Shown: positions 11,430 to 26,199 of the stretch, piece after piece
How positions within the stretch are numbered: position 1 is the stretch's first letter
Layout of the letters: every line of letters begins with the position of its first letter
Assembly: GCA_964016885.1 (NCBI GenBank)
Contig: OZ024748.1
Location: forward strand, 47,926,001-47,990,000
Source of the DNA: Eledone cirrhosa
Taxonomy: Eukaryota
Reading direction: 5' to 3'
DNA: 64,000 nt
Position numbers and translations under genes: made by a program
The notes under the pieces: model-generated
What the model saw: only the letters and a program-made list of their open reading frames with translations
What the model was told of the DNA's origin: nothing
Databases searched by the model: none

Positions 11430-13255
11430 GATACACCCATATACATACACACTCCCCCCCCCAAAAAAAAACATGCACACATACCTACACACATGCTCAC
11501 ACACATCTCCCTCAAAACATGTGTACACTTACTCACCTCCATGCAAATTTATATACACCTCTCCCCAAACATGTGTACACTCACACCACCCAGACAGATG
11601 AATACCTCTCCCTAAACATACACACACCTCCCCCCAAACGTATACACACCTCCCCCCAAACATATACACACCTCCCCCCAAACATACACACACCTCACCC
11701 CAAACATACACACATCTCCACTCCAATATATACACACCTCCCCCAGACATGTGTGTACACTCACACCACCCAGACAGACGCTCACCCCCCCCCCCCTAAA
11801 CCTACACACACCTCCCCCAAACATACACACACCTCCCCCAGACAGACGATCACCCCCCCCCTAAACCTACACACACCTCCCCCAAACATACACACACCTC
11901 ACCCCAAACATACACACACCTCGCCCCAAACATACACACATCTCCACTCCAATATATACACACCTCCCCCAGACATGTGTACACTCACACCACCCAGACA
12001 GACGCTCACCTCCCCCTAAACCTACACACACCTCCCCCAAACATACACACACCTCCCCCAGACATGTGTACACTCATCATACAAGCTGACTCGCTCCAAA
12101 ACATGAACTCATACAATCCTATGCCACCACCACCCCCAAAATCTATATACTCATACACACACATGCTAACTGCCAAATGCATACACACACACACATATAA
12201 ATGCTAAAGACCCATACACACATACACAAATGTTGCCCCTCGCCAAACATACACACACACACACACGCTACTCTCTCCCAACAGATGCACACACACTCAC
12301 ACACATTTTGTCCCCTTCCAAACACAGATGTTCATATACACACAAGCTCCACACACAAGCTCCACCCCTCCAAAACATACTTTCATACACACACTAGGCT
12401 AATGTCTCCTAAAATATACACACACACACACACACATACTAGTCACCACTCCACCAAAACATACTTTCATGCACACACATGCTACTGTCCCCTAAAATAT
12501 ACACACACACACACACACATACTAGTCACCACTCCACCAAAACATACTTTCATGCACACACTAGGCTACTGTCTCCTAAAATATACACACACACACACTC
12601 TAGTCACCTCTCCACCAAAACATACATTCATACACACACTAATGCTACTGTCCCCTAAAATATACATATACACACACACACATACTAGTCGCCACTCCAA
12701 AACACACACACACATGCTACACTCTCCCAACACATGCACACACACTCACACACATTTTGTCCCCTTCCAAACACACATCTTCATACACACACAAGCTCCA
12801 TACATTCACATACACACACACACACACATGCTATCCACACCCAACACATACATTCACATACACACACACACACATGCTATCCACACCCAACACACACACA
12901 TAGACACACACATGCTATCCACACCCAACAGATACATTCACATACACACACACACATGCTATCCACACCCAACACATACACATAGACACACACATGCTAC
13001 CCCTGCCACAAACACATACATTTATACACACACATGCTACTACTCCCCCCTCACAACATACACCCCACCCCCCACAACACACACATGCTACTACTCTTCC
13101 TCCCACAACACATACACTCATACACACACACGCATGCTTACCAACACATACATGCTTACCCCTGCCACACACACACATTTATACACACTTATGCCAGCCT
13201 TTTAAAAAAAAAATCCCCTCCAACCCTACACAAATGCAAACCCTTCTCACTCCTT

Positions 13256-13300
<45 letters not shown>
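11430..13300. repeat. CA/C-rich low-complexity minisatellite region
   Basis: Direct inspection. Confidence 0.85.
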
Positions 13301-13302
<2 letters not shown>

Positions 13303-13474
13303 CACATTTCTTTTATTAAACAGTGAATCATTACCCCCCCCCCCCCAAAAAAAAACACCCTCCATTCCACCCCTTTTCCTCCTAGAACAAGGGTATGAGG
13401 GAATGATGGGGTTATGATTTCAAATAACTTTAAAAGCAGTTAAACATTTGTATAGGGAAAGAAAGGGGGCACCT

Positions 13475-13960
13475 GTATGATCCTTTATAATTTTATATAG
13501 GGGGGAGGGACATATTTATATTTGGGTATAGGGTGGAGTAGGGTGTTATGATCCTTTATAATTTTATATAGGGGGGAGGGACATATTTATATTTGGGTAT
13601 AGGGTGGAGTAGGGTGTTATGATCCTTTATAATTTTATATAAGGGGGAGGGACATATTTATATTTGGGTATAGGGTGGAGTAGGATGTTATGATCCTTTA
13701 TAATTTTATATAGGGGTCATATAATATTTTTTTTTGGTATAGGAAAGAGTGGGGGACCTGTATAAAGGAGGGGGAGTTTTTAGCTTTTATAATTTATATA
13801 GGGGGTTATATGATATTTATAGTTGGGTATAGGAAGGAGGGGGAGTTATGAGCCTTTATAATTTTATATGGGGGGGGGGTGTATGATGTGTATGTTTGGG
13901 TATAGGAAGGAGGGGGACCTGCTTGATCCTTTATAATTGTATAGAGGGGGCTATATATTT
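13475..13960. repeat. ~71 bp tandem repeat, degenerating rightwards
   Basis: tgatcctttataattttatata at 13478, 13549, 13620, 13691 and diverged later units. Confidence 0.8.
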
Positions 13961-14409
13961 ATATATGGAAGGAAGTAGAGGTCTTTATGATCCTTTATAA
14001 TTACATATAAGTGAGATGGAGGGCCATATATGATCCTTAATATTTCTTCAAGACTTTCTTTTGGATATTTTCTATTGAGGGGTAGGGTGTAGAGAGGTAG
14101 TTTTAGGGGTGAAGTATAGAAGGGCAGTTTGTAGGGGTGGTGTGAGTAGGGGGGAGTTGTATGAATGGGGTGTAGAGGGCAGGCTGTTATGGTGGAGTGT
14201 AAGGGCTGGTTTCTAGGGGTGGCATGTAGTGGTTACTTGTAGGGGCGGGGTGTAGAGTGGGTGAGGGTGTCGTGTAGGGTGGGTGAGGGGTGAGGTGTAG
14301 AGTGGTTGAGGGGGTGAGGTGTAGAGGTGTAGGTGTGGTGTTCAAAATAGTATTCTGAAATTGTTTTTTTTTTTATTGTTTTTTCATATCTTTATTCAGA
14401 ATTACCTCC

Positions 14410-15990
14410 ACAATACCATCAACAACAACAACAACAACAACACTACCAACACCACAACTACCACCAACAACAACACCATCACTGCCAACACTACTACACC
14501 CAACAATACCACCACTGCTACCATCAGCACCACCAACAACAGCAACACAGACACCACCAACAATAACACCAACAACAACCACACCAATGTCACCCCAAAC
14601 AAAACCAAAAGCACTACCACCAATATCACCACCATTAGTACTTCCAACAACATCCCCGCCACCACCACTTCCAACATCACCACCACTAATACCACCACTA
14701 CCACCACTACCACCACCTCCAACACCACCACCACTAATACCACCACTACCACCACCACTAACACCACCAACACTACCACTAACACCACCAACAAAGCTAA
14801 AAGCACTACCACCAATAACACCACCATCAGTACTGCCAACAACATCCCCACCACCACCACTACCACCAACACCACCACTACCATCTCTAACACCCCCACT
14901 ACCACCGCCACCACCACTACCAACAACATCCCCGCCACCACCACCACCACCACTAACACCACCACTACCATCCCCACCACCACCACCACCACCACCACCA
15001 CCACCACTAACACCACCACTCCCACCACCACTACCACCACCAACACCACCACCACCACTACCAACACCACCACTACCACCACCACCACCACCACCACCAC
15101 CACTAACACCACCACTAACACCACCACGAACCACTACCACCACCAACACCACCACTACCACCACCACCACTACCAACAACATCCCCCATCACCACCAACA
15201 ACATAATCATCATCACCACCAACAACATCTTCATCACTACCAACACCACCACCAATGCCAATACCAACAACATCTCCTACCACAACCACCACCAACAACA
15301 ACAACACCAACACCGACACTATCACCACCACCACCACCAAAACCACCACCAGCAAAACCACCACCACCACCACAACCACCACCTCCAACACCAACACCAA
15401 CACTATCACCATCACCACCACAACCACCACCACCACCACCACCACCATAACCACCACCACAACCACCACCACCATAACCACCACCATCACCACCACCACC
15501 ACCACCACCATCACCACCATAACCACCACAACCACCACAACCACCACCACCACCATCACCACCATAACCACCACCATCACCACCACCACCACCACCACCA
15601 TCACCACCATAACCACCACCATCACCACCACCACCACCACCATCACCACCATAACCACCACCACAACCACCACCACCATAACCACCACCACCACCATAAC
15701 CACCACCACAACCACCACCACCATAACCACCACCATCACCACCACCACCACCACCACCATCACCACCATAACCACCACCATCACCACCACCACCACAACC
15801 ACCACCACCATAACCACCACCATCACCACCACCACCACCACCATCACCACCATAACCACCACAACCACCACAACCACCACCACCATCACCACCATCACCA
15901 CCACCACCACCACCATCACCACCATAACCACCACCACAACCACAACCACCACCATCACCACCACCATAACCACCACCACAACCACCACAA
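14410..15990. repeat. (CAC/CAA)n block
   Basis: Direct inspection. Confidence 0.9.
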
Positions 15991-16789
15991 TTGCCATCAT
16001 TGTGACTTATTGGGCAAAATATAAAAGAGAATGTTACAATATAATTCTGTTTGTTTTCTTTATATTCAATGTTTCTGCCAGAAGAAAAAAAAAAGGAATT
16101 CATTTTATTCAATTCTATAAATTAATTATGCTGGCCGTCAAAATGTCGTTCGATAATACACTTGTGTATCGGATTATATAAATCCTGCTAATAATCTAAT
16201 TTATTGGAGACAGGGTTTGATTTTGTTTTATGAGAGGTGGTAGGTATGTAGGAGGGTTAATTCTTGGCACATTTCCTTAATAGATATACTGAACTGAGCA
16301 AGCTTAATAGTTTTCCTAAGATATGTAGAATAGAGATGAATTTTTTTAGTTACATCTCAGACATGACAAACTCTCTAGTGTTGGTGCTATGATAAAATCC
16401 ACCAGGTACACTCATTATAGGAAGGGCAAAGCAGCTAATTGATAGAGTCATTAGAACATCAGATAGAATGCTTTGTGGTATTTGTTATGGCTCTCTGCTC
16501 TCTGATTTCAAGGTCGATAACAAAAGTACCAGTCTAATACTGGGGGTTCGATTCTTCCTCTATATCTCTTTCTCACTTCCTCTCTCTCTCACTTTCTATC
16601 CTTCGCTGAAAGAAATCTGTTGTACTCAGGCCCTGAGAGAGATGGGCTCAGCCAGGTTTAAAATGACCAAGAAATGGTGTATGTCAATACAGGGGTATCT
16701 TTAGGTTTTTGAGGGAATCCAACAAACTATTTAAATGTCTAAAAACATCTGACTGATAAAATGACAAGTCAGTCAATCATATTGGTGGC

Positions 16790-17225
16790 CTCCCCACAGC
16801 CCCGGTGGACAGAATGGAGAAGGTGTTTCCCCGGAGGACGGCAAGGGAGAAGCGCTGGAAAAGCTATTCCAGCTCACGAGGCCCACACCTGTGGCTGGCC
16901 AGCTCAGCGCCTATGGTGGTGAGTAGGGAGGTAGCCCCAGGGCCGAGGACACCAGAAGTCTCCACTGCTACAGGTAGCCAGCTCAGCGCCTATGGTGGTG
17001 AGTAGGGAGGTAGCCCTAGGGCCGAGGACACCAGAAGTCTCCACTGCTACAGGTAGCCAGCTCTGCACCTATGGTGGTGAGTAGAGAGGTAGCCCTAGGG
17101 CCGAGGACACCAGAAGTCTCCACTGCCAAGGGTACAACCACAAACCTGTCGGAGAGCGACCGATATTTGAAGAGTTTGGCTTCCTCAGCCCAACATGCAG
17201 CAGAACCTGGGTTAGTTGCAGACTG
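16790..17225 (-). mobile_element. Decayed RLE-encoding non-LTR retrotransposon C-terminal fragment (CRE-like)
   Basis: Minus strand: AACWAEEAKLFKYRSLSDRFVVVPLAVETSGVLGPRATSLLTTIGAELA...LFQRFSLAVLRGN, matching the KxxKY / P.a.ET.G / QR.S.A..RGN pattern. One stop codon and a 79 bp triplication. Confidence 0.72.
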
Positions 17226-17837
17226 TATGACTCCATCAGGACTAACTGAGCCATACCATACCATAAGCAAAGCTGTTCAACCATCCTGTACACTGTATAA
17301 AGTGGTTGATGTTAGGAAGTGCCTCCAGCCATAGAAACCCTGCCAAGCATGTATAAGATTCATTGTATCTCTGTGTGCCATAAATGGCCACTAAAAGATT
17401 GTTACCGGGTCATAAAACATTGCCTTAAAAAAGACCTTACAATTTCTGTTAGGGAGCCTGCAATGTTAAATACTATTTTAGCAGGGAAAGTAATCCCAAA
17501 TGGTTGTTGTTGTTGTTACTGCTGTGATGCAACACTTGCAGAGTGTATATTCTTTATATATATACATATTCTTTATATACACATATTCTTTATATATATA
17601 TAAATGTGGTTGGTGTTAGGAAGGGCATCCAACTGTAGAAAACCTGCCAGACAGTCCTATGCGAGCAAGACAATCACTCTTGCCTCAAGTGGGACTACCC
17701 CCGTCCAAACCCATGCAAGCGTGGAACACGGACGTTAAACGTTGATGATGATGATGATGATGATATATATATATACATATATATAAAAAGAACATATATA
17801 TATTCTTTACATATACATATATTCTTTATATATATAT

Positions 17838-18703
<866 letters not shown>

Positions 18704-18789
18704 TTTATATATACACATATTCTTTATATATATATATTTAACGAAGTGTATTAGTAGTATTTGTTAGATGGGATTATATGGTTGTTAGA

Positions 18790-18939
18790 TGTAATTAACA
18801 AGAATGGCTGATTTACTTTATATATAAAGGTCTACTTCACTTCAGTCAAAAAGAACAATAAACATATTACCACGCGTTGCGAAGGTTGACAGTGTTATTT
18901 TTGTTGTTGGTTCATTAGTCTGGTGTAGACTGAGACCAT

Positions 18940-18975
<36 letters not shown>

Positions 18976-19233
18976 ATGGTCTGTAGTAGTTGACTGTAGA
19001 CCACTGCGGCCTGAAGGTAGCAGTGAATCTATCACATAGCTGGTCTGTATCGTGGTGCTCCAATCTCTCTGTATAAACGTGGGATGATACAGGCTTTATA
19101 TACCTGTTGCTTTCTGTCTCCCACCTTGAGGGGATAGCCTACGCATGAACCTGTTTACTCCAAAAGGGTGGTGACCTAGAGTTTGACCTTTAGGTGTCAC
19201 CCAAGTTTCAAGACGTGGACAGATCTCGCTACA
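18790..19233 (-). mobile_element. Possible solo LTR
   Basis: Begins TGTA and ends TACA; TATA-like tatataaagcc on the minus strand; tgtagcgaga recurs at 21472. No TSD seen. Confidence 0.3.
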
Positions 19234-19698
19234 TATACATATATTCTTTGTATATGTTTATGCAAAACAACAGGCATGTATTCTCTTCTTTAACCTAATT
19301 ATATTGGCAGTTAGAAATGTTAGATATACACAAGTGTATTGGATTATAGGTTTGTATATAATTTAATTTATAGAAGACAAGTTTCGATTTTGTTCTATTA
19401 GAGGATGTAGGTAGGTAGAAGTGTTAATTCTTGGCAATTTTTTCTGGCAGATCCTCTGAGCCAGAATTACAATTTCCCCAAGATATGTGACACATGACTG
19501 CATAGTTTAAAGTGTTTGATTTGCAATTATAAGTTTCAGGTTTTCATCCTATTACATGACATATTTGCCAAGTATGTTTTACCAAAGCCTTGGGTTGATT
19601 CACCAGTAATTTAGAGGTCTAACTTTGTTATACATGGTGTCACATTAATTCTCTCTGGGAATTGCATTAAGGGTACTTATGTCTGTGGAATACATGGC

Positions 19699-19882
19699 CT
19701 GGCAGTATCAGTAGAGGGTCTGACGCCATGCTTTGCAGCAAAGAGTTACGGCCCTTTATGGTCTGAGTTCAAATCCCACCGAGGTTAACGTTGCCTTTCA
19801 TCCTTACGGGGGGTCGATAAAAATAAAGTACCAGTAATACACTGGGATAATTGCTGGCCTTGTGCCAAAAGTAGAAACAATT
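19699..19882 (+). mobile_element. SINE family A
   Basis: Family A sequence inserted among degenerate gaatctccctgagaa...gtctgtggaatac repeats (~19640-20490). Confidence 0.82.
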
Positions 19883-20145
19883 ATTATACAAGATGGGCTG
19901 TTACCGTAATCGAAAGGTCCAGCCTTGACACACACTGTGTCATGCCGAATCTCCCTGAGAACTACGTTAAAAGTACATATGTCTGTGGAATAAAAAGCTG
20001 GTTACATTTAATAGAAGATAAGCTGTTACTGTAAGCCAGAGATCCGGTCCTGTCAAACGCTCTGTCATACCGAATCTCCCTGAGAATTATGCTAAAAGAA
20101 CACGTCTTTGTGGATTATTCAGTGACTCACATTATACTACAAGAT

Positions 20146-20367
20146 GTGGTGGATTGACAGAATTGGTAGAGCGTTGGACACCATGCTTGGCAGGATAGAG
20201 TTACGGCCCTTTACGACGTGAGTTCAAATTCCACCGAGGTTAACCTTGCCTTTCATCCTTACGGGATTGATAAAATAAAGTAGCAGTAATGTGCTGGGGT
20301 CAATTTAATCAACTTTCCTCCCCTCTCCTTCAAAATTGCTGGCCTTGTGCCTAAACTAGAAACAATT
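20146..20367 (+). mobile_element. SINE family A, longer variant
   Basis: Family A sequence. Confidence 0.8.
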
Positions 20368-20824
20368 GTTATGCAAGATGTGCTGTACCTGTTCTTTAGT
20401 GGTGTAACCTTATCAAACAATATGTCATGCTGAATCTCCCTGAGAATCATGTTAAAAGTACACATGCCTGTGGAATACTCAGCCACATATATTATGATAC
20501 AAGACGGGGGAGGGGTTATAACTGTAATTCTGATGGGGTATGTTGTGGAGAAAGAGACACAGAGGTTAAGGGATATATATATATATATATATATATCATA
20601 AAACATGTCTATAGAATCACAAGATAAAATATATACAAGATAAAATATATATATATAGGAAAATGTTTAACCCCAACGGCAGAAATAGTCCAGAAATAGC
20701 CGTCGAAACGGCTTGAGCTCTGCCGTCGGGGTCTAACATTTTCCTATTACCCACTCTTCTACCCTAAGTATTGAGTACTCTGGTGCGTTATAGTCCATCT
20801 GGTTCCTTACCACACTTTCTTTGT

Positions 20825-20898
<74 letters not shown>

Positions 20899-21084
20899 GA
20901 AGCTAGAGGTGGGGACAAACTGGAGGGGGAGTAGGAGAAGTGAAAATGTAAAGATAGCAGGAATAGAATAGGAGGGGTGTGGGGTGTGGAGGAGGAGGAC
21001 TAAAGGTAAGAGGGAAATGGAGTGGGGGTGGGGGTGATGTGGACATTAAAAAAGGAAAGAAAACATGGGAGGTATGATAAAATA

Positions 21085-21118
<34 letters not shown>

Positions 21119-21419
21119 CGTGTGTGCATGAGAGAGAGAAAGATAGAGGGAGTATGTTTGAGATAGAGATAGATAGAAAGAGACAGAGTGGGTATGTGTG
21201 TGTGAGAGAGAGAAAGCGAGAGAGAGAGAGTGTGTGTGTGAGAGAGAGGAGAAATTATCAGAAGCAGGAGTAGAATAAAGGTAAAGAAAAGTGTAAAAAG
21301 AAACAAAGTGGAGGTAAAACTGATTGATGGTGTGGTGTGGTGGTGGGGTGGAGATGGGGTGTAGCTAGAAAATACCCAGATGTTGAAATAGCTTTTTGGG
21401 GGTAGACATTGATATATAA

Positions 21420-21450
<31 letters not shown>

Positions 21451-21672
21451 AATGAACAGTATAGAAATTGTTGTAGCGAGAAGCTAACAGTATTCTATAA
21501 CATATATGTGACTATAGCATCAAAATGAGAATATAGTTAACATAAGATATGGGAAAAATAATATATATATATATATATTGAAAGATATATATATATGGAA
21601 AAATATATATATATTGAAAGAATACATACATATATATGCATGTGTATTCATATATAGATATGTATGCGTATA

Positions 21673-22011
21673 CATCATCATCATCATCATATCATTTTAC
21701 ATCCGCTTTTTCCCTGCTTGCAAGGGTGGGACGGGAACTGATTCTGGCTTGATTTCTACAGCTGGATGCCCTTCCTAACACCAACCTCAGTTTACAGTGA
21801 GTGCTGGGTGCTTTTTTGCCGTGGCACCTACACGTCCACTTTGCAGTGGAATGATATGGACCCCAGTCCCTATTATCTCATTTCTACAGCTGAGTAAACT
21901 GGAGCAATGTGAAATAAAGTGTCTTGCTCAAGGAAACAACACATCACCCAGTCTGAGAATTGAACTCACAACCTTTCGATTGCAAGGCCAATGCTCTAAC
22001 CACTAATCCAT
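21673..22011 (-). mobile_element. SINE family B
   Basis: Near full length; followed by a partial copy at 22024-22207. Confidence 0.85.
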
Positions 22012-22174
22012 GATATATATATATCATCATCATCATCATTTTACGTCCGCTTTTGCCCTGCTTGCAAGGGTGGGACGGGAACTGATTCTGGCTTGATTTC
22101 TACAGCTGGATGCCCTTCTTAACACCAACCTCCTTTACAGCGAGTGCTGGGTGCCTTTTTCCGGCGGACGTAAA

Positions 22175-22209
<35 letters not shown>

Positions 22210-22446
22210 ATATAAATATATATATATACATGCATACACAAGTACATACATACATGCTTACATACATGCAAACAATATCCCTGTGTGTCATGAGAGGTAA
22301 CTGAAAGAGTTGACTTCAAGAAGGGCATCTGGTTGTAAAACACTGCCCCAAAACGTCTTTACCAACCAATACCAGCATGGCTAAGTGGTTGCAAAAAAAG
22401 TGATTGTAAAAATTAACACGATACACACATATACAGACATATACAA

Positions 22447-22772
22447 CATCATCATCATCAACATCATCATTTTACATCTGCTTTTCCCTGCTTGCAAGGG
22501 TGGGACGGGTCCTATTCAGCACAGCATCCCTCCATTCATCACGGTCCTTTGTCATCTCCACCGTGAGCTTCAGCGATCTGAGGTCAGCTCTTACCACGAC
22601 TGCCCATGATTTTCGTGGTCTTTCTCTACTGCGTCTTCCTTCTACTGGCATTTCTTGACACTTCTTTACCCAGCGGTCACCCTCCATGCGCATCACATGT
22701 CCATACCAATGCAGTCTTCTCTCCCGCACACTACAGCCTATCCCTCTTATACACAGTTTCTCCTCTCTCAAC
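22447..22772 (-). mobile_element. RTE LINE 3' end (family RTE-1)
   Basis: ERRLHWYGHVMRMEGDRWVKKCQEMPVEGRRSRERPRKSW...RTRPTLASREKQM* followed by a (GAT)n tail; typical RTE C-terminus. Confidence 0.9.
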
Positions 22773-22859
22773 ATATATATAGGTATATGTGTGAGTGTGG
22801 GTATGATGAATGTAGTTCTAAAGTTGTATGTATCTAGTGTAGATGTCAATGCTGTAGGA

Positions 22860-22861
22860 GC

Positions 22862-22911
<50 letters not shown>

Positions 22912-23020
22912 CACTAGTAGCAGCAGTATTAGTAGCAGTAGTTGTAGTAGTAGTAGTAGTAGTAGCAGTAGTAGTAGTAATAGTAGTAGTAGTAGTAGTA
23001 GTAGTAGTAGCACTAGTAGC

Positions 23021-23085
<65 letters not shown>

Positions 23086-23095
23086 CAGTAGTAGC

Positions 23096-23133
<38 letters not shown>

Positions 23134-23188
23134 CACTAGTAGCAGCAGTATTAGTAGCAGTAGTTGTAGTAGTAGTAGTAGTAGTAGC

Positions 23189-23271
<83 letters not shown>

Positions 23272-23272
23272 C

Positions 23273-23331
<59 letters not shown>

Positions 23332-23336
23332 ATATG

Positions 23337-23373
<37 letters not shown>

Positions 23374-23404
23374 CAGCAGCAGCAGTAGTAGCAGTAGTAG
23401 TAGC

Positions 23405-23454
<50 letters not shown>

Positions 23455-23461
23455 CAGCAGC

Positions 23462-23496
<35 letters not shown>

Positions 23497-23527
23497 CAGT
23501 AGTAGCAGTAGTAGTAGTAGTAGTAGC
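22860..23527. repeat. (TAG/CAG)n microsatellite
   Basis: Direct inspection. Confidence 0.92.
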
Positions 23528-23685
23528 CACCAAATGTGATAATCTCCAATGAGTAAGTTCCAGTGTTTGTTGTCAGTTTGTCACACATAAAAGATGCTTT
23601 CAACAATTGATGGTAAAATTTTAAGAGAATTTTATTATCATTGACATTGTTTCATCGTTGAAGACTGGGTCTCTGGATACCTTCA

Positions 23686-25784
23686 CTAGCAATACATAAC
23701 ATTTGTTAATCCTGTCCAAAACTCCCTCGTTACCAACATATTTCTAAGTAACTTAACTGCATAGTTTTAGTTTTAAGTTGTTTTTCTTTTCTTGTATTGG
23801 AATATCTAATTGTGAGAGAAGTGTTCAGTGTCTGAATTAACTGTTTTAGGTCATTCTTGACCTAAAACAGTTAATTCAGACACTGAACACTTCTCTCACA
23901 ATTAGATATTCCAATACAAGAAAAGAAAAACAACTTAAAACTAAAACTATGCAGTTAAGTTACTTAGAAATATGTTGGTAACGAGGGAGTTTTGGACAGG
24001 ATTAACAAATGTTATGTATTGCTAGAATGGAGAAGATAGCCTCTATATGGTTATATAACCTGCTAGAAACAACAGCTGTACCTATTTCATATCTAATTGT
24101 GAGAGAAGTGTTCAGTGTCTGAATTAACTGTTTTAGGTCAAGAATGGAGAAGATAGCCTCTATATGGTTATATAACCTGCTAGAAACAACAGCTGTACCT
24201 ATTTCATATCTAATTGTGAGAGAAGTGTTCAGTGTCTGAATTAACTGTTTTAGGTCATTCTTGACCTAAAACAGTTAATTCAGACACTGAACACTTCTCT
24301 CACAATTAGATATTCCAATACAAGAAAAGAAAAACAACTTAAAACTAAAACTATGCAGTTAAGTTACTTAGAAATATGTTGGTAACGAGGGAGTTTTGGA
24401 CAGGATTAACAAATGTTATGTATTGCTAGAATGGAGAAGATAGCCTCTATATGGTTATATAACCTGCTAGAAACAACAGCTGTACCTATTTCATATCTAA
24501 TTGTGAGAGAAGTGTTCAGTGTCTGAATTAACTGTTTTAGGTCAAGAATGGAGAAGATAGCCTCTATATGGTTATATAACCTGCTAGAAACAACAGCTGT
24601 ACCTATTTCATATCTAATTGTGAGAGAAGTGTTCAGTGTCTGAATTAACTGTTTTAGGTCAAGAATGGAGAAGATAGCCTCTATATGGTTATATAACCTG
24701 CTAGAAACAACAGCTGTACCTATTTCATATCTAATTGTGAGAGAAGTGTCCATTGTCTGAATTAACTGTTTTAGGTCAAGAATGGAGAAGATAGCCTCTA
24801 TATGGTTATATAACCTGCTAGAAACAACAGCTGTACCTATTTCATATCTAATTGTGAGAGAAGTGTCCAGTGTCTGAATTAACTGTTTTAGGTCAAGAAT
24901 GGAGAAGATAGCCTCTATATGGTTATATAACCTGCTAGAAACAACAGCTGTACCTATTTCATATCTAATTGTGAGAGAAGTGTCCAGTGTCTGAATTAAC
25001 TGTTTTAGGTCAAGAATGGAGAAGATAGCCTCTATATGATTATATAACCTGCTAGAAACAACAGCCGTACCTATTTCATATCTAATTGTGAGAGAAGTGT
25101 CCAGTGTCTGAATTAACTGTTTTAGGTCAAGAATGGAGAAGATAGCCTCTATATGGTTATATAACCTGCTAGAAACAACAGCCGTACCTATTTCATATCT
25201 AATTGTGAGAGAAGTGTCCAGTGTCTGAATTAACTGTTTTAGGTCAAGAATGGAGAAGATAGCCTCTATATGGTTATATAACCTGCTAGAAACAACAGCT
25301 GTACCTATTTCATATCTAATTGTGAGAGAAGTGTCCAGTGTCTGAATTAACTGTTTTAGGTCAAGAATGGAGAAGATAGCCTCTATATGATTATATAACC
25401 TGCTAGAAACAACAGCTGTACCTATTTCATATCTAATTGTGAGAGAAGTGTTCAGTGTCTGAATTAACTGTTTTAGGTCAAGAATGGAGAAGATAGCCTC
25501 TATATGGTTATATAACCTGCTAGAAACAACAGCCGTACCTATTTCATATCTAATTGTGAGAGAAGTGTTCAGTGTCTGAATTAACTGTTTTAGGTCAAGA
25601 ATGGAGAAGATAGCCTCTATATGGTTATATAACCTGCTAGAAACAACAGCCGTACCTATTTCATATCTAATTGTGAGAGAAGTGTCCATTGTCTGAATTA
25701 ACTGTTTTAGGTCAAGAATGGAGAAGATAGCCTCTATATGGTTATATAACCTGCTAGAAACAACAGCCGTACCTATTTCATATC
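23686..25784. repeat. Complex array: 340 bp palindrome, 117 bp tandem units (13 full + 1 partial) and a second inverted segment
   Basis: Palindrome 23686-24025; units start at 24024, 24141, then 24428 + n x 117 up to 25715; inverted block ~24258-24429. Confidence 0.92.
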
Positions 25785-25839
25785 ACTCTTTTTCTGAGTT
25801 GTTTTTATTCTTTAGCATTTACTCTATATTTATAATAAT

Positions 25840-26007
25840 AATTGTTTCTACTTTTGGCACAAGGCCAGTGATTATCCCAGTACATTACTGGTACTTCATT
25901 TTATCGACCCCGTAAGGATGAAAGGCAAAGATAACCTCGGCAGGATTTGAACTCAGAACGTAAAGGGACGTAACTCTTTGCTGCAAATCATGGCTTCCGA
26001 CCCTCTA
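25840..26007 (-). mobile_element. SINE family A
   Basis: Reverse complement, 5' truncated; a further partial copy at ~26105-26200. Confidence 0.8.
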
Positions 26008-26199
26008 TCTAACTATATTTATAATAATAATAATAATGAAATTATTGTGTACAGTGCTCAGGTGCACTACAACTCATCAAAGGTGCATGTATAGTACATA
26101 GAATAGTCGTTTCTGATATAGGCACAAGGCCAGTAATTTTGGGGGAGGGGAACGTTGATTAAATCGACCCCAGTGCGTACTGGTACTTTATTTTATCGA

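Noticed and set aside
24406-25689. 427 aa ORF with 39 aa repeats
   Set aside because: Consequence of a 117 bp (divisible by 3) non-coding tandem unit.
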